Of a stretch of 64,000 bases of DNA, positions 27,014 to 41,600 are shown one piece after another; the first letter of the stretch is position 1, and each line of letters opens with the position of its first letter. Source of the stretch: Eledone cirrhosa (Eukaryota); NCBI GenBank assembly GCA_964016885.1, contig OZ024753.1:36022001-36086000 (forward strand), read 5' to 3'. Made by a program: the position numbers and the translations under genes. The notes under the pieces are model-generated. The model was not told where the DNA came from and searched no databases. It saw only the letters and a program-made list of their open reading frames with translations.

Positions 27014-30000
27014 CAGATTAGTTTGGTTAACTTACCAGTGTCAGCACTTGACCATCATCATCATCATCAACGTTTAACGTCCGTGTTCCACGCTTGCATG
27101 GGTTTGGACGGGGGTAGTCCCACTTGAGGCAAGAGTGATTGTCTTGCTCGCATAGGACTGTCTGGCAGGATTTTCTACAGTTGGATGCCCTTCCTAACAC
27201 CAACCACATTTACAGTGTGGGTCTGGGAGGTTTTTACCGTGTTGCCTACACGGCCACATTACAGCGTGGACTGTGTGTCTTTTTGTCGTGACACCTACAC
27301 GATCTCATTTGTTTCGGCCTCGATGGCGCGGCACCAACATAACTTTACATAGAACGGGGTGGTGTGGATGGGGTGGGGGTGGTGGTGGTGGGACGGGGTG
27401 TATTTTGTTAGAGATGCCTACTGGCTGGAGTAGGTTTTACTATATATTTAGGTAAGGCGGGTCTTCTCTGTTACTGAGTACCGCCAAAGGTCTCGGTCCA
27501 GTGACATTGTCTTGGAGAGGTGTAAGTGTGTGAGGTCGGAGTTTATCAGCTCGTCCCAGGTTTTTCTAGGTCTGCCTATTCCGTGGCTACCGTCTATCTT
27601 TATTGCCCTGCACTTTGTTATACAGCTATCGACTTTCATGCGCATCACGTGTCCATACCAACGTAGCCTTCTCTCGAGTAAACAACATCTGATCCCTCTT
27701 ATCTCTAATTTTTTCCTTAGTTCGTTTATGCTTTGCCATTCACGTATATTACTGTTACACATCCAGCGGAGCATGCAAGCTTCGTTCCTCTCTAGTCTGC
27801 GTATATCCTCTGCACACAATGCCCAGGTCTCACTGCCATGCAACATTGCTGTTCGTATGCAGGCATCGTACAACCTGCCTTTCATTTTTAGGGAGAACCC
27901 TTTAGCAGCTAATAGTGGTATAACCAGTAAATATAAAGGCCAAACAGAGTTAGAGAGTTTGACTGTGGGGTGCTGATGATGGTGATGATGTATGTGTGTG
28001 TGTGTGTGTGTGTGTGTGAATGTATGTGTCAGATTAGTTTGGTTAACTTACCAGTGTCAGCACTTGACCAGTAAATATAAAGGCCAAACAGAGTTAGAGA
28101 GTTCGGCTGTGGGGTGCTGCTGATGACCACTTCTCGGTAAAGTCCATCCAGTGTAATTCTTTCTATTTTGTTTCTAAAGAACAGAAATATAAATAAATAA
28201 ATAATTAAATAAATATACAACTTGCTAACATGGATGTTAAATGATGATGGTGGTGATGGTGGTGTGATGGTGGTGATGGTGGTGTGATGGTGGTGTGATG
28301 GTGGTGTGATGGTGGTGTGATGGTGGTGGTGTGATGGTGGTGTGGTGGTGGTGATGGTGGTGTGATGGTAGTGTGATGGTGGTGTGATGGTGGTGTGATG
28401 GTGGTGGTGGTGATGTGATGGTGGGGGTGTGATAGGGGTGGGGGTGTGATAGGAGTGGTGGTGTGATGGTGGTGGTGGTGGTGTGATGGTGGTGGTGGTG
28501 ATGTGATGGTGGGGGTGTGATAGGAGTGGTGGTGTGATGGTGGTAGTGGTGGTGTGATAGTGATGGGAGTGGTGGTGATAGTGATGGGAGTGGTGGTGTG
28601 ATGGTGGTGTGATGGTGGTGGTGGTGGTGTGATAGTGATGGGAGTGGTGGTGATGGTGATAGTGGTGGTGTGATGGGGGTGGTGGTGGTGATGGGAGTGG
28701 TGGTGATGGTGATAGTGGTGGTGTGATGGGGGTGATGGTGGTGGTGATGGTGGGGGTGGTGACACTTACCTAAGTAAATCAGCCCAATATATGTTGTCAT
28801 TAGTATAATCAATGCTAAGTCCAGATGGCGACCCTAAGTCAGTGTCAACTATCACCTTTCTCTCATTACCAGCCATTGTTGACTTCTCAATAGTTGGTGA
28901 TTGTTCATTGCCGGAATTTATCCAATACATATACCTAGAAATATATATAACAGATGTATGTAGTAACAACTAGCAAATTTGGTGAGAGGGATGTGGTTAT
29001 AGAGTGGTGATGGGTGAGAGGGGTGTCATAGAGTGGTGATGGGTGAGAGAGGTGTCATAGAGTGGTGATGGGTGAGAGGGGTGTCATAGAGTGGTGATGG
29101 GTGAGAGGGGTGTCATAGAGTGGCGATGGGTGAGAGGGGTGTGGTTATAGAGTGGCGATGGGTGAGAGGGATGTGGTTATAGAGTGGCGATGGGTGAGAG
29201 GGGTGTGGTTATAGAGTGGTGATGGGTGAGAGGGGTGTGGTTATAGAGTGGTGATGGGTGAGAGGGGTGTCATAGAGTGGTGATGGGTGAGAGGGGTGTG
29301 GTTATAGAGTGGTGATGGGTGAGAGGGGTGTGGTTATAGAGTGGCGATGGGTGAGAGGGGTGTGGTTATAGAGTGGTGATGGGTGAGAGGGGTGTCATAG
29401 AGTGGTGCTGGGTGAGAGGAGTGTAGTTATAGAGTGGTGATGGGTGAGAGGGGTGTGGTTATAGAGTGGAGAAGGGTGTGGTTATAGAGTGGTGATGGGT
29501 GAGAGGGGTGTCGTTATAGAGTGGTGATGGGTGAGGGTGTGGTTATAGAGTGGTGATGAGTGAGAGGGGTGTGGTTATAGAGTATGACAGATGTGAGGGG
29601 TGTGGTTATAGAATGATGACAGATGTGAGGGGTGTGGTTATAGAATGATGACAGATGTGAGGGGTGTGGTTATAGAGTGATGACAGATGTGAGGGGTGTG
29701 GTTATAGAGTGATGACAGATGTGAGGGGTGTGGTTATAGAGTGCACCCATTGCCGAAATTTATCCAATACATATACCTAGAAATATATATAAAAGATGTC
29801 TGTAGTACAACTGGCAAATCTGGTGACTATATGAGTGCACCCAGTACACTCTGTAAAGTATTAGTGCTAGTGTCATGATTAAATGCATCCAATACACCCT
29901 GTAAAGTGGTAATGCTGGTGCCCTGATAAACTGCACCCATTTCACTCTGTAAAGTGTTAGTGCTAGTGTCATGATATACTGCACCCAGTACACTCTGTAA

Positions 30001-33000
30001 AGTGTTAGTGCTAGTGTCATGATAAACTGCACCCAGTTCACTCTGTAAAGTGTATGTGCTGGTGTCATGATAAATTACACCCAGTACACTCTGTAAAATA
30101 GTGCTTTTGTCATGATAAACTGCACCCAGTACACTCTGTAAAGAAGATGTGTTACTGTCTTGATAAAATTGACTAATCAGGTGTCTATATGAGTGTTATT
30201 CTTTTACAGTCATTAGACTGTGACCACAATGGGACAGTGTCTTCATTAGACTGTGACGATGATGAGACAGTGTCTTCATTAGACTGTGACCACAATGGGA
30301 CAGTGTCTTCATTAGACTGACCATGATGGGACAGTATCTTCATTAGACTGTGATCACGATGGGACAGTGTCTTCATTAGACTGTGACCACAATGGGACAG
30401 TGTCTTCATTAGACTGACCATGATGGGACAGTGTCTTCATTAGACTGTGACCACGATGGGACAGTGTCTTCATTAGACTGTGACCACGATGGGACAGTGT
30501 CTTCATTAAACTGTGACCATGATGAGACAGTGTCTTCATTAGACTGTGACCACAATGGGACAGTGTCTTCATTAGACTGTGACCATGATGAGACAGTGTC
30601 TTCATTAAACTGTGACCACAATGGGACAGTGTCTTCATTAGACTGTGACCACAATGGGACAGTGTCTTCATTAGACTGTGACCATGATGAGACAGTGTCT
30701 TCATTAAACTGTGACCACAATGGGACAGTGTCTTCATTAGACTGACCATGATGGGACAGTGTCTTCATTAGACTGTGACCATGATGGGACAGTGTCTTCA
30801 TTAGACTGTGACCACGATGAGACAGTGTCTTCATTAGACTGTGACCATGATGAGACAGTGTCTTCATTAGACTGTGACCATGATGGGACAGTGTCTTCAT
30901 TAGACTGTGACCACAATGGGACAGTGTCTTCATTAGACTGTGACCACAATGGGACAGTGTCTTCATTAGACTGTGACCACGATGGGACAGTGTCTTCATT
31001 AGACTGACCACGATGGGACAGTGTCTTCATTAGACTGACTGCGATGGGACAGTGTCTTCATTAGACTGACCACGATGGGACAGTGTCTTCATTAGACTGA
31101 CTGCGATGGGACAGTGTCTTCATTAGACTGACTGCGATGGGACAGTGTCTTCATTAGACTGACTGCGATGGGACAGTGTCTTCATTAGACTGTGACCACA
31201 ATGGGACAGTGTCTTCATTAGACTGTGACCACGATGGGACAGTGTCTTCATTAGACTGACCACGATGGGACAGTGTCTTCATTAGACTGACCACGATGGG
31301 ACAGTGTCTTCATTAGACTGACCACGATGGGACAGTGTCTTCATTAGACTGACCACGATGGGACAGTGTCTTCATTAGACTGACCACGATGGGACAGTGT
31401 CTTCATTAGACTGACTGCGATGGGACAGTGTCTTCATTAGACTGACTGCGATGGGACAGTGTCTTCATTAGACTGACTGCGATGGGACAGTGTCTTCATT
31501 AGACTGACCACGATGGGACAGTGTCTTCATTAGACTGTGACCACAATGGGACAGTGTCTTCATTAGACTGTGACCACAATGGGACAGTGTCTTCATTAGA
31601 CTGTGACCACGATGGGACAGTGTCTTCATTAGACTGACCACGATGGGACAGTGTCTTCATTAGACTGTGACCACGATGAGACAGTGTCTTCATTAGACTG
31701 ACTGCGATGGGACAGTGTCTTCATTAGACTGACTGCGGTGGGACAGTGTCTTCATTAGACTGACTGCGATGGGACAGTGTCTTCATTAGACTGACCACGA
31801 TGGGACAGTGTCTTCATTAGACTGTGACCACAATGGGACAGTGTCTTCATTAGACTGTGACCACAATGGGACAGTGTCTTCATTAGACTGTGACCACGAT
31901 GGGACAGTGTCTTCATTAGACTGACCACGATGGGACAGTGTCTTCATTAGACTGTGACCACGATGGGACAGTGTCTTCATTAGACTGACTGCGATGGGAC
32001 AGTGTCTTCATTAAACTGACTGCGATGGGACAGTGTCTTCATTAGACTGTGACCATGATGGGACAGTGTCTTCATTAGACTGACCACGATGGGACACTAA
32101 CCCTTTTGTTACTATATATCTCAGGAATGATATTGCCTATAACTTTCAAATTACTTTGAAAATGCATTTACACACACATACAGACACACACACATACGAT
32201 GGAAGAAGAAAAAGAAAAAGAAGAAAAAGAAAAAGAAAAAGAAGAAAAAGAAGAAAAAGAAAAAGAAGAAAAAGAAAAAGAAGGAAGAGAAAAAGAAAAA
32301 GAAAAAGAAAAAGAAAAAGAAAAAGAAAAAGAAAAAGAAATCAATATGAGAGAATACATACCCTTTACAGGGGTGAAGAACAATGTTTTTGGGTTTCTGT
32401 GCTGTAAGTAGAATTACCTGGTTGGAAGCATCAAAACTCATTGCAGAAATATGATCTTGTGCACTATCTGTCCAGTATATCTTCTTGCCAATCCAATCAA
32501 CAGCTATCTTGTTAATGGAAGCTGAATGAAACAGAGCATAAATATTTTTTTACAGAGTTTAGAGAGTGCTGGTTGTGTTTTATCACGGCACCAGAACTAA
32601 TAATGACATCATATGCTCAACCAGGTTGATGGATCTTCTGTAGATTATATTGTCTTTGTTCAATTCCCAACCACTTTACAAAGTCGATTATATAAATAAT
32701 TGTTTCTATTTTGGGCACAAGGCCAGCAAATACCCAGTACATTACTGGTACTTTATTTTATCGACCCCGTAAGGGCGAAAGACAAAGTTAACCTCGACAG
32801 GATTTGAACTCAGAATGGCAAGGGCTGTAACTCTATGCTGCAAAGCATGGCATCCAACCCTCTACTGATACTGCCAATCCACCTTAAATAATAATTGAGA
32901 AAATCACGTAAAGTATTTTACTTGATATTCTCAACTATTATTTATAATGACTGACTATTATTATAGTCATTTGTGTTGGGACACTTCTTTGTCCACTTAT

Positions 33001-36000
33001 TGATGAGAGGGTCATGGAGGCAGAGTCTTTAAATACTCCTTCCAGCCCACCCTCATAATTACGGCACTTTGCACATATATACACATATATACATACATCT
33101 GTCACATATATACACACATCTGTCACATATATACACACATACACAAAATAGATAAAAAGAAAAAAAATGATGGTTACATTAGAGTCATGTATTTACCTAA
33201 GTTATCGTCTGATTTAATTACCAATTTTTGAGTGGTTTTGGTCTCAATATCATATCGAACTATTGTAGCTGGATTGTTCACAGCGTAATAAATCTGGTTG
33301 CTTATGGAATCATAACTCACACCACTAACTTGACTATCGGCCTTAATCTTTGGGATTGCTTGAGATGATGAATTAAGCTCCAAAGATAATGACTGAACTG
33401 CAGATCCAAGTGCCACCAACATATATTCCTTCGGTGCTGAAAATAAAAGTAAAATTTAATAACAGAAGCTATTTACTAAAATTATTAGTTATTTCATTAC
33501 TAAAATATTAACTTAATGTAATGTTCTTGTATAAAATTATGTTGGAAGATTTTAATTTAAATTGGAAACCTTTCAAATAGATGATTATATTTCATAGATG
33601 GTTATATTTCATAGATACAGACCCGGTTTTGGTCGGGTTGGTAACTAAAGGGTTAAGGGATCTCCAACACTAGGGAAGGATTCGTAGGAAGACATCATCA
33701 AAGCAAAAATCAAGCATGAGTGCTTGCAACAGAGTAAACTCTGCTTCAGGTGTCCAAATCATGGCACTAAAGAGGGTGACAGTTTAAGTCTAATACCCAA
33801 GAGTTAGTGCCATGAATGAAGTAAAAATGATGTTAGCAAGGAACTATTACAATAATAATTGTTTCTACTTTTGGCACAAGGTCAGCAATTATCCCAGTAC
33901 ATTACTGGTACTTTATTTTATTGACCCTTGTAAGGATGAATGGCAAAGTTAACCTTGGCAGGCTTTGAAATCAGAACCTAAAGGGTTGTAACTATGATAC
34001 TAATCCACCGCCTTTATGATAATAATAATAATGGTTTCTGATTTAGACCCAATGTCAACAATTTTGGGGAAAGAGAAAGTCGATTAAATTGACTCCAGTG
34101 TGTTACTGGTACCTTATTCTATCGACCCTGAAAGGATGAAAGGCAAAGATAACCTTTGTAGAATTGGAGCTCAGAATGCAAAGTGGAGTAACTACAAGGG
34201 TGGGCTGAAAAGTTTACAGGCTGACTATGAGGGAGTGATGCTAAAGCTGTGAAATCTTGTATGCATTCATTTCAACTCTTCTAATTAGTAACTACATTGT
34301 TTCTTTCCAGGGACTATATTGAAAAATGAACTTCATTTGGTCATTCCATGAGAGTATCTTGGTCAACCTATGAACTTTTGTCTGATACTCTAATAATTTC
34401 TGCAACTGTCTGCTCTCTGAAACTATTCCAAAAATATTAGAATATATCTTACAATTGCATTTACGTCCACCAGAATCCAGGTTACCTATGGCGCATTTGC
34501 ATTGAGGTTCAGAGTTTTCAGGAATAGCAAAACACAACTGTTCACAGCCACCATTGTTTTCAGAGCAAGGGTTATTGGGATCTGAAATTGAAATATGGTT
34601 ACTTTTGAAATAAGAAACTAAATATTATCATTAAACCTATTATAAAGAAAAACTACTAAATTATGCCAGGAAAATATTAATTATATTTATCAATTTTCAT
34701 ATAAAATTCCCTGTATATGGAGACCTTTCAGATTTATCAAAAAACTTATTTATATGATTATTACTTTTGTTTTTCTATTTTATAGGAGTCAGTATTTTAT
34801 TACAATAAATTTAGTTTATACTTTATATTTTATTTAAAAAAAAAAAAAAGGAATCTTTTTGCAAAAGAATGCAAGCAGTTTAATTTCACAATGAGTCGCT
34901 CATTTAAAATTAACAAAATACTAAACCGTAATCTGAAAGTCAAATTATGAAAATATAAGAATTATTGAGCTTTTTTTCTTAGTCTCTTTTCAGTATATTC
35001 CTTACTAAATATTTACATATCAAATTATCAATATTTATGGTCCCTAAACCACCTCCCTAGTGACTGGAGTTGGCATAGAGTTGGCCCACAGGTTAGAATG
35101 GCTTTTTTCAACAAATCACCCAAACTACCAAAAACAAATCTTATCAACAAGGGCAGTTTAACCTTTTAGCATTTACATTACTCTATATTTACTATTGTAT
35201 TTTTGTGGTAAAGTCTTTATCTTACATAATTATCTCATATAATTGAATCTACGAGATTTCGATGTTATTTATTTTGAGAACAATACCTTAATATAAGTAT
35301 GAATGGCTAGTTATGGCTGGTTTGAACAGCATGAGGTGAGAGAATTCTGGCCGGATATGGTTGGTTTAAATGCTAAAGGGTTAATATCACAAAAAATTAA
35401 AACTGAAAATACAATTTGTATTCTAATATTTTTGAGAACATAAGTATGGCTGAGTGGTGAAGAAGTTTACTTTGCCATCATCAAGTCTCAGGTTCAATCC
35501 CATAGCATGGCTTCTAGTGCAAGTGATTTTTACCATGGACCTGGGCTGGCACAAGCCTTGTGAGTGAAGTTAGTTAGACAGAAACTATGTAGAATCCTGT
35601 CGTATGGATGGTACTGGCTATTCAGCTCGGGGATTATGTTGAAGGTACCTGGGTCTGTGGAATGCTCAGCCACATACATAACAATTGTTTGCATAACAAC
35701 TGAATGCTCATAGTTGAAACTGTCAGAGCTCAGAGGATCTATTGTTTTTATACATATTGTTTAATAAGTTAAAGTCTCACACTTACCTGGCGGTTGCAGT
35801 GAACTATCAAATACTTTGATAGTACGAAGCGCAAGTAAATTACTCTTGAAAATAGAGGGAGCACCAACTTTGGAAGTTTTCTTAACTGTAAAAATCTAAA
35901 TATAAGAAGTTAAATGAGGTTAAAATGATGAAATAATTTCATCTATCAATGGAAATATCAAAATTAGATAAATTAGAAATTTATTATACTCTTAAATATT

Positions 36001-38192
36001 CTCTGGAGATTTAAAGATGTATCAGAAAGAACTAGGGAACAAATTCCAGCTGTGGAAACAGACCTTAGAATCAAAAAGGACTAAATTTAGCAAAAACTAA
36101 AATGTTAATAAGTATGAAAGAAAACAGAGTCCTGATCCCATCAGGGAAGTGGCCTTGCTCAATATGTAGAAACGGTCTGGGTTCATCGCTCTAACCACTA
36201 AGCTGTGTGCCTTCACCATGACTATACCATGACTATAAAAATATGTATACATCAACAAACCTTCTTCAGATTTCTATCCACCCAGTAAATATCATCATTG
36301 ATCACTGTTATACCACATGGTTTGGGGAGATTTTGTCGAATGTAGGCTCGATTCCCGCCATTGTAGGATATGCGCTATAAATAACAAAAGGAAAAATAAA
36401 TAAATAAAATAAAATAAGAAAATATTATAGGAACGCAACAGGAGGAAATATAGAAACAATATAATCACTGATGATGCCACAGATATGTGACGAACGAACT
36501 GAGAAACTATATTTATATTGATAATTTAAACTGTTGGTCAATCAATGATAATCATTGATTACCAGATAAATTATTTATAGGAATATAAAGATATACTGAA
36601 GCGAAAACCAAACCAAAAAGTGAGTGTATTTTACTATATTTTTCTGGCAATATTAGAACATGACCCTCCCCAAATATAACAATATCAAAAACCTTGCAAA
36701 ACAAATACATCACCGCCACAACAAAAGACAGATTTGTAATTAAGAGAGAAATGAATTTTCTTATTTTGTGAAAAGGTCGTAAAAGAAAGGAGATATTGGT
36801 CTTCAGACTTTCCTTAAAGGTATTAGTAGTGTAAGAAAACTGATTTGACTTCAACTAGCAATATAATCTGCATGGTATGACCATTACCAAGGGGCACTAG
36901 ATCGCACAACACCCTCCATACTTTTCAATGGCACCCCCTCAGATTTAGAAAATAGAGGTGTATGCATGTATCTTTGTATATGTGTGTGTATATATATATA
37001 TTTATCTTCAATTTTATGTATGTGTGCATGTATGTATATCTGATTCTGTGTGTAAATGTATTTTTTCTGTTATTTTAATCCAGCCTCACTTTCAAGATAT
37101 TTCATCTGATGAGTGAAACAGTTGTTTCTGTTAGAATCGTCTAACTTTGTGAAACCTTGGGTAATGGAATAATTATATTGTGTTGTTTATTATATAATTA
37201 AATAGCTCTGTACTATACATAGAGCACTCTTCTTTCCTTTACCTTTTCTACGGAAATACTTAACACACACACACACACACACTTATATATTTAAAGGTTA
37301 AACAAGGTTCAATGAATAAATCAAAGAATGAGGTTTACATTGGTTAGATTGGAAGCACTCCACAGAATGTCTATTTTTGTTAATATTTTGAATTAATATA
37401 TATATATGTATAATACAAAGTAATATTTTGAATTAATATATATATATGTATAATACAAAGTAAAAACCTACTACAGTCAGTAGGCATCTCTATCAAAACA
37501 CCCCCCCGTCCCACCACCTCCACCCCATCCACACCGCCCCTTTCAATCTACAGTTATGTTGGTCCCACAACATCCAGGCCGAAACAAATGAGATCGTGTA
37601 GGTGTCACGACAAAAAACACACAGTCCACGCTGTAAATGTGGCCGTGTAGGCAACACGGTAAAAACCTCCCAGCCCCACACTGTAAATGTGGTTGGTGTT
37701 AGGAAGGGCATCCAGCTGTAGAAAACCCGCCAGACAGTCCACGCTGTAATGTGGCCGTGTAGGCAACACGGTAAAAACCTCCCAGCCCCACACTGTAAAT
37801 GTGGTTGGTGTTAGGAAGGGCATCCAACTGTAGAAAACCCGCCAGACAGTCCTATGCGAGCAAGACAACCACTCTTGCCTCAAGTGGGAAAACCCCCGTC
37901 CAAACCCATGCAAGCGTGGAACACGGACGCTAAACCTGATGATGATGATGATGATATATGTGTGTGTGTGTTAAGTATTTCCGTAGAAATCATCATCATC
38001 ATCATCATCATCATTTTACGACTGCTTTTCCCTGATTGCAAGGGTTGGACGGGTCCTATTCAGCACAGCTTCTTTCCACTTGTCACAGTCCTTCGTCATC
38101 TCCTCGGTGAGTTTCAGCGATCTGAAGTCTGCTCTCACCACCTCTGCCCATGTTTTTCGTGATCTACCTCTACTGCGTCTTCCATCTAATAT

Positions 38193-38231
<39 letters not shown>

Positions 38232-38557
38232 ATATTATGTATAATTATAATTGTTTCTACTTTAGGCACAAGGCCAGCAATCACCCAGTGCATTACTGGT
38301 ACTTTATTTTATCGACCCCATAAGGATGAAAGGCAAAGTCAACCTCGGCGGGATTTGAACTCAGATCATAAAGGGACGTAACTATGCTGGAAAGCATGGC
38401 GTCCGACCCTCTACCGATACTCCCAATCCACCGCCATTATGTATAATTATAATATGATATAATTATAATATTATGTATACTCCAGTCCTACAAACTGTAG
38501 AGTGCTTCTTATCCGATATCTGCATTGCTTTATTGTACTACAATAAAACTCACCTCC

Positions 38558-38606
<49 letters not shown>

Positions 38607-41600
38607 CAAAGGTATAACCATATATACAATGCTTGAAACATGTATAAGGAAATAAAAATATGGTTTTTTAAATGAAAGCCAATGAATTTTTCAGCCAAGC
38701 CTCGTAATGACTGAAATGAATAAAAGAGTAGAATGATTACCTGTATGGCATCTACAACAATGTCGACCCAGTAGACATCATGTGTTAGTATGTCAATAGC
38801 GATGTCATATGGCTTGCTGATGCCAGTGGAAACTAGTGTAGTGTGGTTAGAACCATCTAGCAGAGAACGTGATATCCTGCCTGGGTTGCGAGAAGACCAG
38901 TATAAATACCTAGAAAATATAAAGAAGAAGATGAAGAAGAAGAAAAAGAAGAAAAAGAAGAAAAAGAAGAAAAAGAAGAAAAAGAAGAAAGAAAAGAAGA
39001 AAAAAAAAGAAAAAAAAGAAAAAAGAAAAAAAAGAAAAAGAAAAAAAAAGAAAAAGAAAAAAGAAAAAAAAGAAAAAAGAAAAAAAAGAAAAAGAAAAGA
39101 AGAAGAAGAAGAAGAAGACGAAAAGAAGACGAAAAGAAGACGAAAAGAAGACGAAAAGAAGACGAAAAGAAGACGAAGAACAACAACAACATGAAGGTAA
39201 AGGACTAGTCCATCTAACAGTATTTAAAGAAATTAATTTAAGTTTTACCTTTTAATTGGATTAACAGCTATAGCTTGTGGCCAAATATTGGCATGTTGCC
39301 ATATTACCATTTGGTAGGAGCCATTGAGGCGGCATGCTATTAAATACTTCATATTATGCTTAATATTAAAAAAATAAATGTTGCCTGAAATAAATATAGA
39401 ATAAAGTTGAAATTAAAACCAAAACTGAGGAATTCTCTACAATGTTCCAAAATAATTGTTTCTACCCAGTGCATTACTGGTACTTTATTTTATCGACCCC
39501 CGTAAGGATGAAAGGCAAAGTTGACCTCGGCAGGATTTGAACTCAGAATGGAAAGGGCTGTAACTCTATGCGTCAAAGCATGGCGTCCGACCCTCTACCG
39601 ATACTGCCAATCCACCGTCCTTCAATGTTCCCAAATAATAATAATTATGAGTATTACTAGCAGAAAAACGACCCATTGGATGGTTTTCTGCTAGCCTGTG
39701 TAGTGTGTGTATTGATATTATACACAAGCATATATGCATGTAGATATGATACATCAAATAAAATCGTAATTGACAATATACACAGAAATTGAAGAGAGAC
39801 TGTGTTACACTGTCTTATGTAATCAGTAAAGTAATCCATGATACATTAAAAAAAAGACAATATTATATATAAACTGCATTAGGAGAAAAATTAGTGACGG
39901 GAATATATGAATGTTATTTAAGCGATCGCTAACCAGATGTGTTGACATTTGAAAATTTTAAAGAAGTGATTCTTAAAATAACCAACAAAATTATTTATAT
40001 TTAATCAAGAATAACGAAATTTAGTAGATAAATTATGTAATATTCCTTCATTATTTATTCAAACAATCTAACTTATTTTACAAATGGGATAAAAAAATAT
40101 ATTCTGGACACAGTCACGCACTCTATTATAGTTTAGATTAGTTTTCTTTTTTTGATAATGTCAACTTATGGACTGGACTTGATCTTTGCTCTTTAAGCCT
40201 AAAGATAGTAATATTTAAGCAATAGTAAATATAGAGTGATGTGAATGCTATGTGAGGTAAAGCCTTTACCATGAAAATGCAATAGTAAATATAGAGTGAT
40301 GTGAATGCTATGTGAGGTAAAGCCTTTACCTTGAAAATGCAATAGTAAATATAGAGTGATGTGAATGCTATGTGAGGTAAAGCCTTTACCATGAAAATGC
40401 AATAGTAAATATAGAGTGATGTGAATGCTATGTGAGGTAAAGCCTTTACCATGAAAATGCAATAGTAAATATAGAGTGATGTGAATGCTATGTGAGGTAA
40501 AGCCTTTACCATGAAAATGCAATAGTAAATATAGAGTGATGTGAATGCTATGTGAGGTAAAGCCTTTACCATGAAAATGCAATAGTAAATATAGAGTGAT
40601 GTGAATGCTATGTGAGGTAAAGCCTTTACCATGAAAATACAATAGTAAATATAGAGTGATGTGAATGCTATGTGAGGTAAAGCCTTTACCATGAAAATGC
40701 AATAGTAAATATAGAGTGATGTGAATGCTATATGAGGTAAAGCCTTTACCATGAGAATGCAATAGTAAATATAGAGTGATGTGAATGCTATGTGAGGTAA
40801 AGCCTTTACCATGAGAATGCAATAGTAAATATAGAGTGATGTGAATGCTATATGAGGTAAAGCCTTTACCATGAGAATGCAATAGTAAATATAGAGTGAT
40901 GTGAATGCTAAAGGGTTAAACTCTGTTGCTGGTCATCAAACTTTGTGGAGAAGAATATCTCATGTTGATGTGCAGTCTGCAACTGTTGGAGTTTAGCGTC
41001 ACAAGAAGAATTATTTTTTTTTGCAGTTCAATCATCTTGTACTACTACTATCTGTCATCTACCACTTCTGCTGCTGCTGCTACTACTACTACCACTTCTG
41101 CTGCTGCTGTTACTACTACTACTTCTGCTGCTGCTGCTGCTGCTACTACTACTACCACTTCTGCTGCTGCTGTTACTACTACTACTTCTGCTGCTGCTGC
41201 TGTTAATACTACTACTACTTCTGCTGCTGCTCGGGGTCTACCCCTTGGTCTACTGCTGGTTGGTTTTGCCCATAAAATCTGTCCAGCGAGTCTTGAGACA
41301 TTCTAACCATATATCCATAGTATCAAAGCTGTGATCTCTCAATTCAGAGATGTAGTGGCTCTACCTGGAGTGACTCTCTGATCTCCGATCTACAAGTCTG
41401 TCCAGCAATTATTTCCTGAGACATTCTAACCACCTGCTCATAGTATCAAAGCTGTGATCTCTCAATTCAGAGATGTAGTGGCTCTACCTGGAGTGACTCT
41501 CTGATCTCCGATCTACAAGTCTGTCCAGCAATTATTTCCTGAGACATTCTAACCACCTGCTCATAGTATTGGAACTGTGATCTCTCAATTTGGAGAAGTA

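Noticed and set aside
28205-28812. His/Pro/Thr-rich ORFs
   Set aside because: Low-complexity GGT/GAT intron repeat
37339-37370. Possible missing propeller exon ([11 protein letters not shown])
   Set aside because: Poor acceptor and wrong phase; the real exon is 36261-36374
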